Assembly (NCBI RefSeq): GCF_020745735.1 | Contig: NC_083442.1 | Span: forward strand, 29,861,562 to 29,925,561 | Direction of reading: 5' to 3' | DNA: 64,000 bases | Source of the DNA: Hemiscyllium ocellatum | Lineage: Eukaryota | Shown: piece by piece, positions 62,336-64,000 of the stretch | Layout: each line of letters begins with the position of its first letter | How positions within the stretch are numbered: the stretch's first letter is position 1 | Position numbers and translations under genes: made by a program | The notes under the pieces: model-generated | What the model was told of the DNA's origin: nothing | The model's database searches: none | The model's input: only the letters and a program-made list of their open reading frames with translations

Positions 62336-64000
62336 TTTTATCTTTCTCAGTGTTGGTGCCTCTGACTCAGAAAGTTGTGGGGTCTACGGTCCCACTCCTG
62401 GACTTTAGCATGAAAATCTTGCTTTCTATTTCCAACACAGCACTGAGGAAATGCTGCATTGTCACAGATGCTACCTTTTGTATCAAGGCTCCACATTTCC
62501 CTGAGTAGAGAAACAAAAGTTCCTTTCATGTTATTTCAAAGATGAACAGGGGAGATCAGTATTTCCATCAGTAAATATTACAGAACCAAATTATTTTCTC
62601 ATCATAGCACTAGCTAGTCATATATTGGCATGTCTCAATGAAAGCATCATTGATATAAAGGTGATTTCTGTTGTCTTTTTGAGGGAGTTTGCTGTGTGCA
62701 AATTGGATGCCACATTGCATGCACTCAAGATTGGCTGCAAAAGGAATTTTATAAACACAAGATATTTTGGATGTGTTCTGACTATCAGTAAGAGGGTACA
62801 CAGTTCACAAACATCATTTGTCACACTGAAATGAGACTGCACATTTCACAGCAAAAGAAACCAACACACAGCCATCTTTACATAAGTTGAACCCTCACAA
62901 AACCACCCAAACCCAAAATGAAATCCTCTGTACTTACTTCTAATGCAGCCCACAGTTGGTTATTGCTCCTCTACATATACTTTGACATCCGCCCAATTTG
63001 TATTCAGCTCCTCACTACTGGTGGGGAGTGTGCTGGGTGTGAAATCTATTCCAATTCCCCCGAGGCAAATGTACTGAAAGAATCTGTTGGTTTTGGAACA
63101 GTGTTAAAAATCACACAACTCCAGGTTATAGTGACAGTGTGTAGCAAAAAGCTTCCTTTCCTGCATTCCCAGGATGTGAGTGTCACTGGCTTGGCTAGCA
63201 CATGTTAGCCGTTCCCAATTGCCCGTGAGTAGGGGGTGAAGATCCCAAAATAACAAGTACATCAGCTCTTCAGTGTGTCGCAACTCAACAGTGAGCTCTG
63301 TAAACAACACTTGAACATTGTTTGACTGACTTTTGCTAGCTCAAAGTCACATGCTTATTCTGGGTGGACCAAGTCTTCATTGAATTCTCTTCCACTTGCT
63401 TGTTCCTGCATTTTCTGGCTTGGCTGATGGCCCAGTTAGATCATATCTTTCAAATCTCTTTCCTTATATGTGATCTCTGTTTTGATGAATAAGCAGGGAG
63501 GCTGGAGCCAAATTTGCGAAATTTCAACACAAAGGGATATGCAGTGTCATAATGTGAGCAGAAGTTTCCCATCGAAGACTTTTCACCCGAGGCAGTAGTG
63601 ATTTGGAAACCACCTTTTACAACATGGTCCTTTCATTACGACACACTATAACTAGTCGGAGCATGTAATAGCACCCTAGGTTCAACAGGTTTGTATAAAA
63701 ACCACAGATGCACAAAATGAATTAACTCTTCCTAAGTTAGAATGTAAGATTTATAAGTACCAGGTCAAGGCTGTTAGTCACAAAAATACACAGTCCTTCT
63801 CCTACTTTTCCAATTGAATTACCACTTTTTCTCCCAATCGTTTCTCCTGTCTTCAGAAATGTTTCTAACATCCCATTATTCCTCCTTACTTAAATAATTT
63901 TCCCTGCTGAGTAATTCCACAATTATGGATGCAACAAATGGAAATTGCTGTCAGTTAATCTCTACTTGTGTTATTCCATATACGTGTCATAAACATTCCA

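Overview
Eukaryotic, vertebrate genomic DNA. The repeat content (HE1-type tRNA SINEs, HER1/CR1-type LINEs) points to a shark or ray; this taxon call is an inference. Three protein-coding genes were reconstructed by hand. (1) An intronless GAS1-family gene (967-1761, minus). (2) A complete 7-exon FBXO22 (14463-35421, plus, 401 aa), whose intron 5 has a non-canonical GC-AG boundary. (3) A convergent NRG4-like ErbB ligand (exons at about 60593-60639, 53630-53720, 49784-49939 and 47486-47627, minus, about 133 aa). The rest is dense with transposon debris: CR1 LINEs, HE1 and older tRNA SINEs, two solo LTRs and Penelope-like (GIY-YIG) elements. The most striking unannotated signal is a population of short Penelope-terminus-derived insertions from at least four sequence families. 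They carry a minimal hammerhead ribozyme core (CUGAnGA-stem II-GAAAnnUH) with covarying stems, are often inserted as inverted (fold-back) pairs with clean target-site duplications (TSDs), and are nested in each other and in LINEs. They occur in host introns and, with the core deleted, in the GAS1 3' UTR. Most short ORFs in the supplied track are spurious or transposon fragments.
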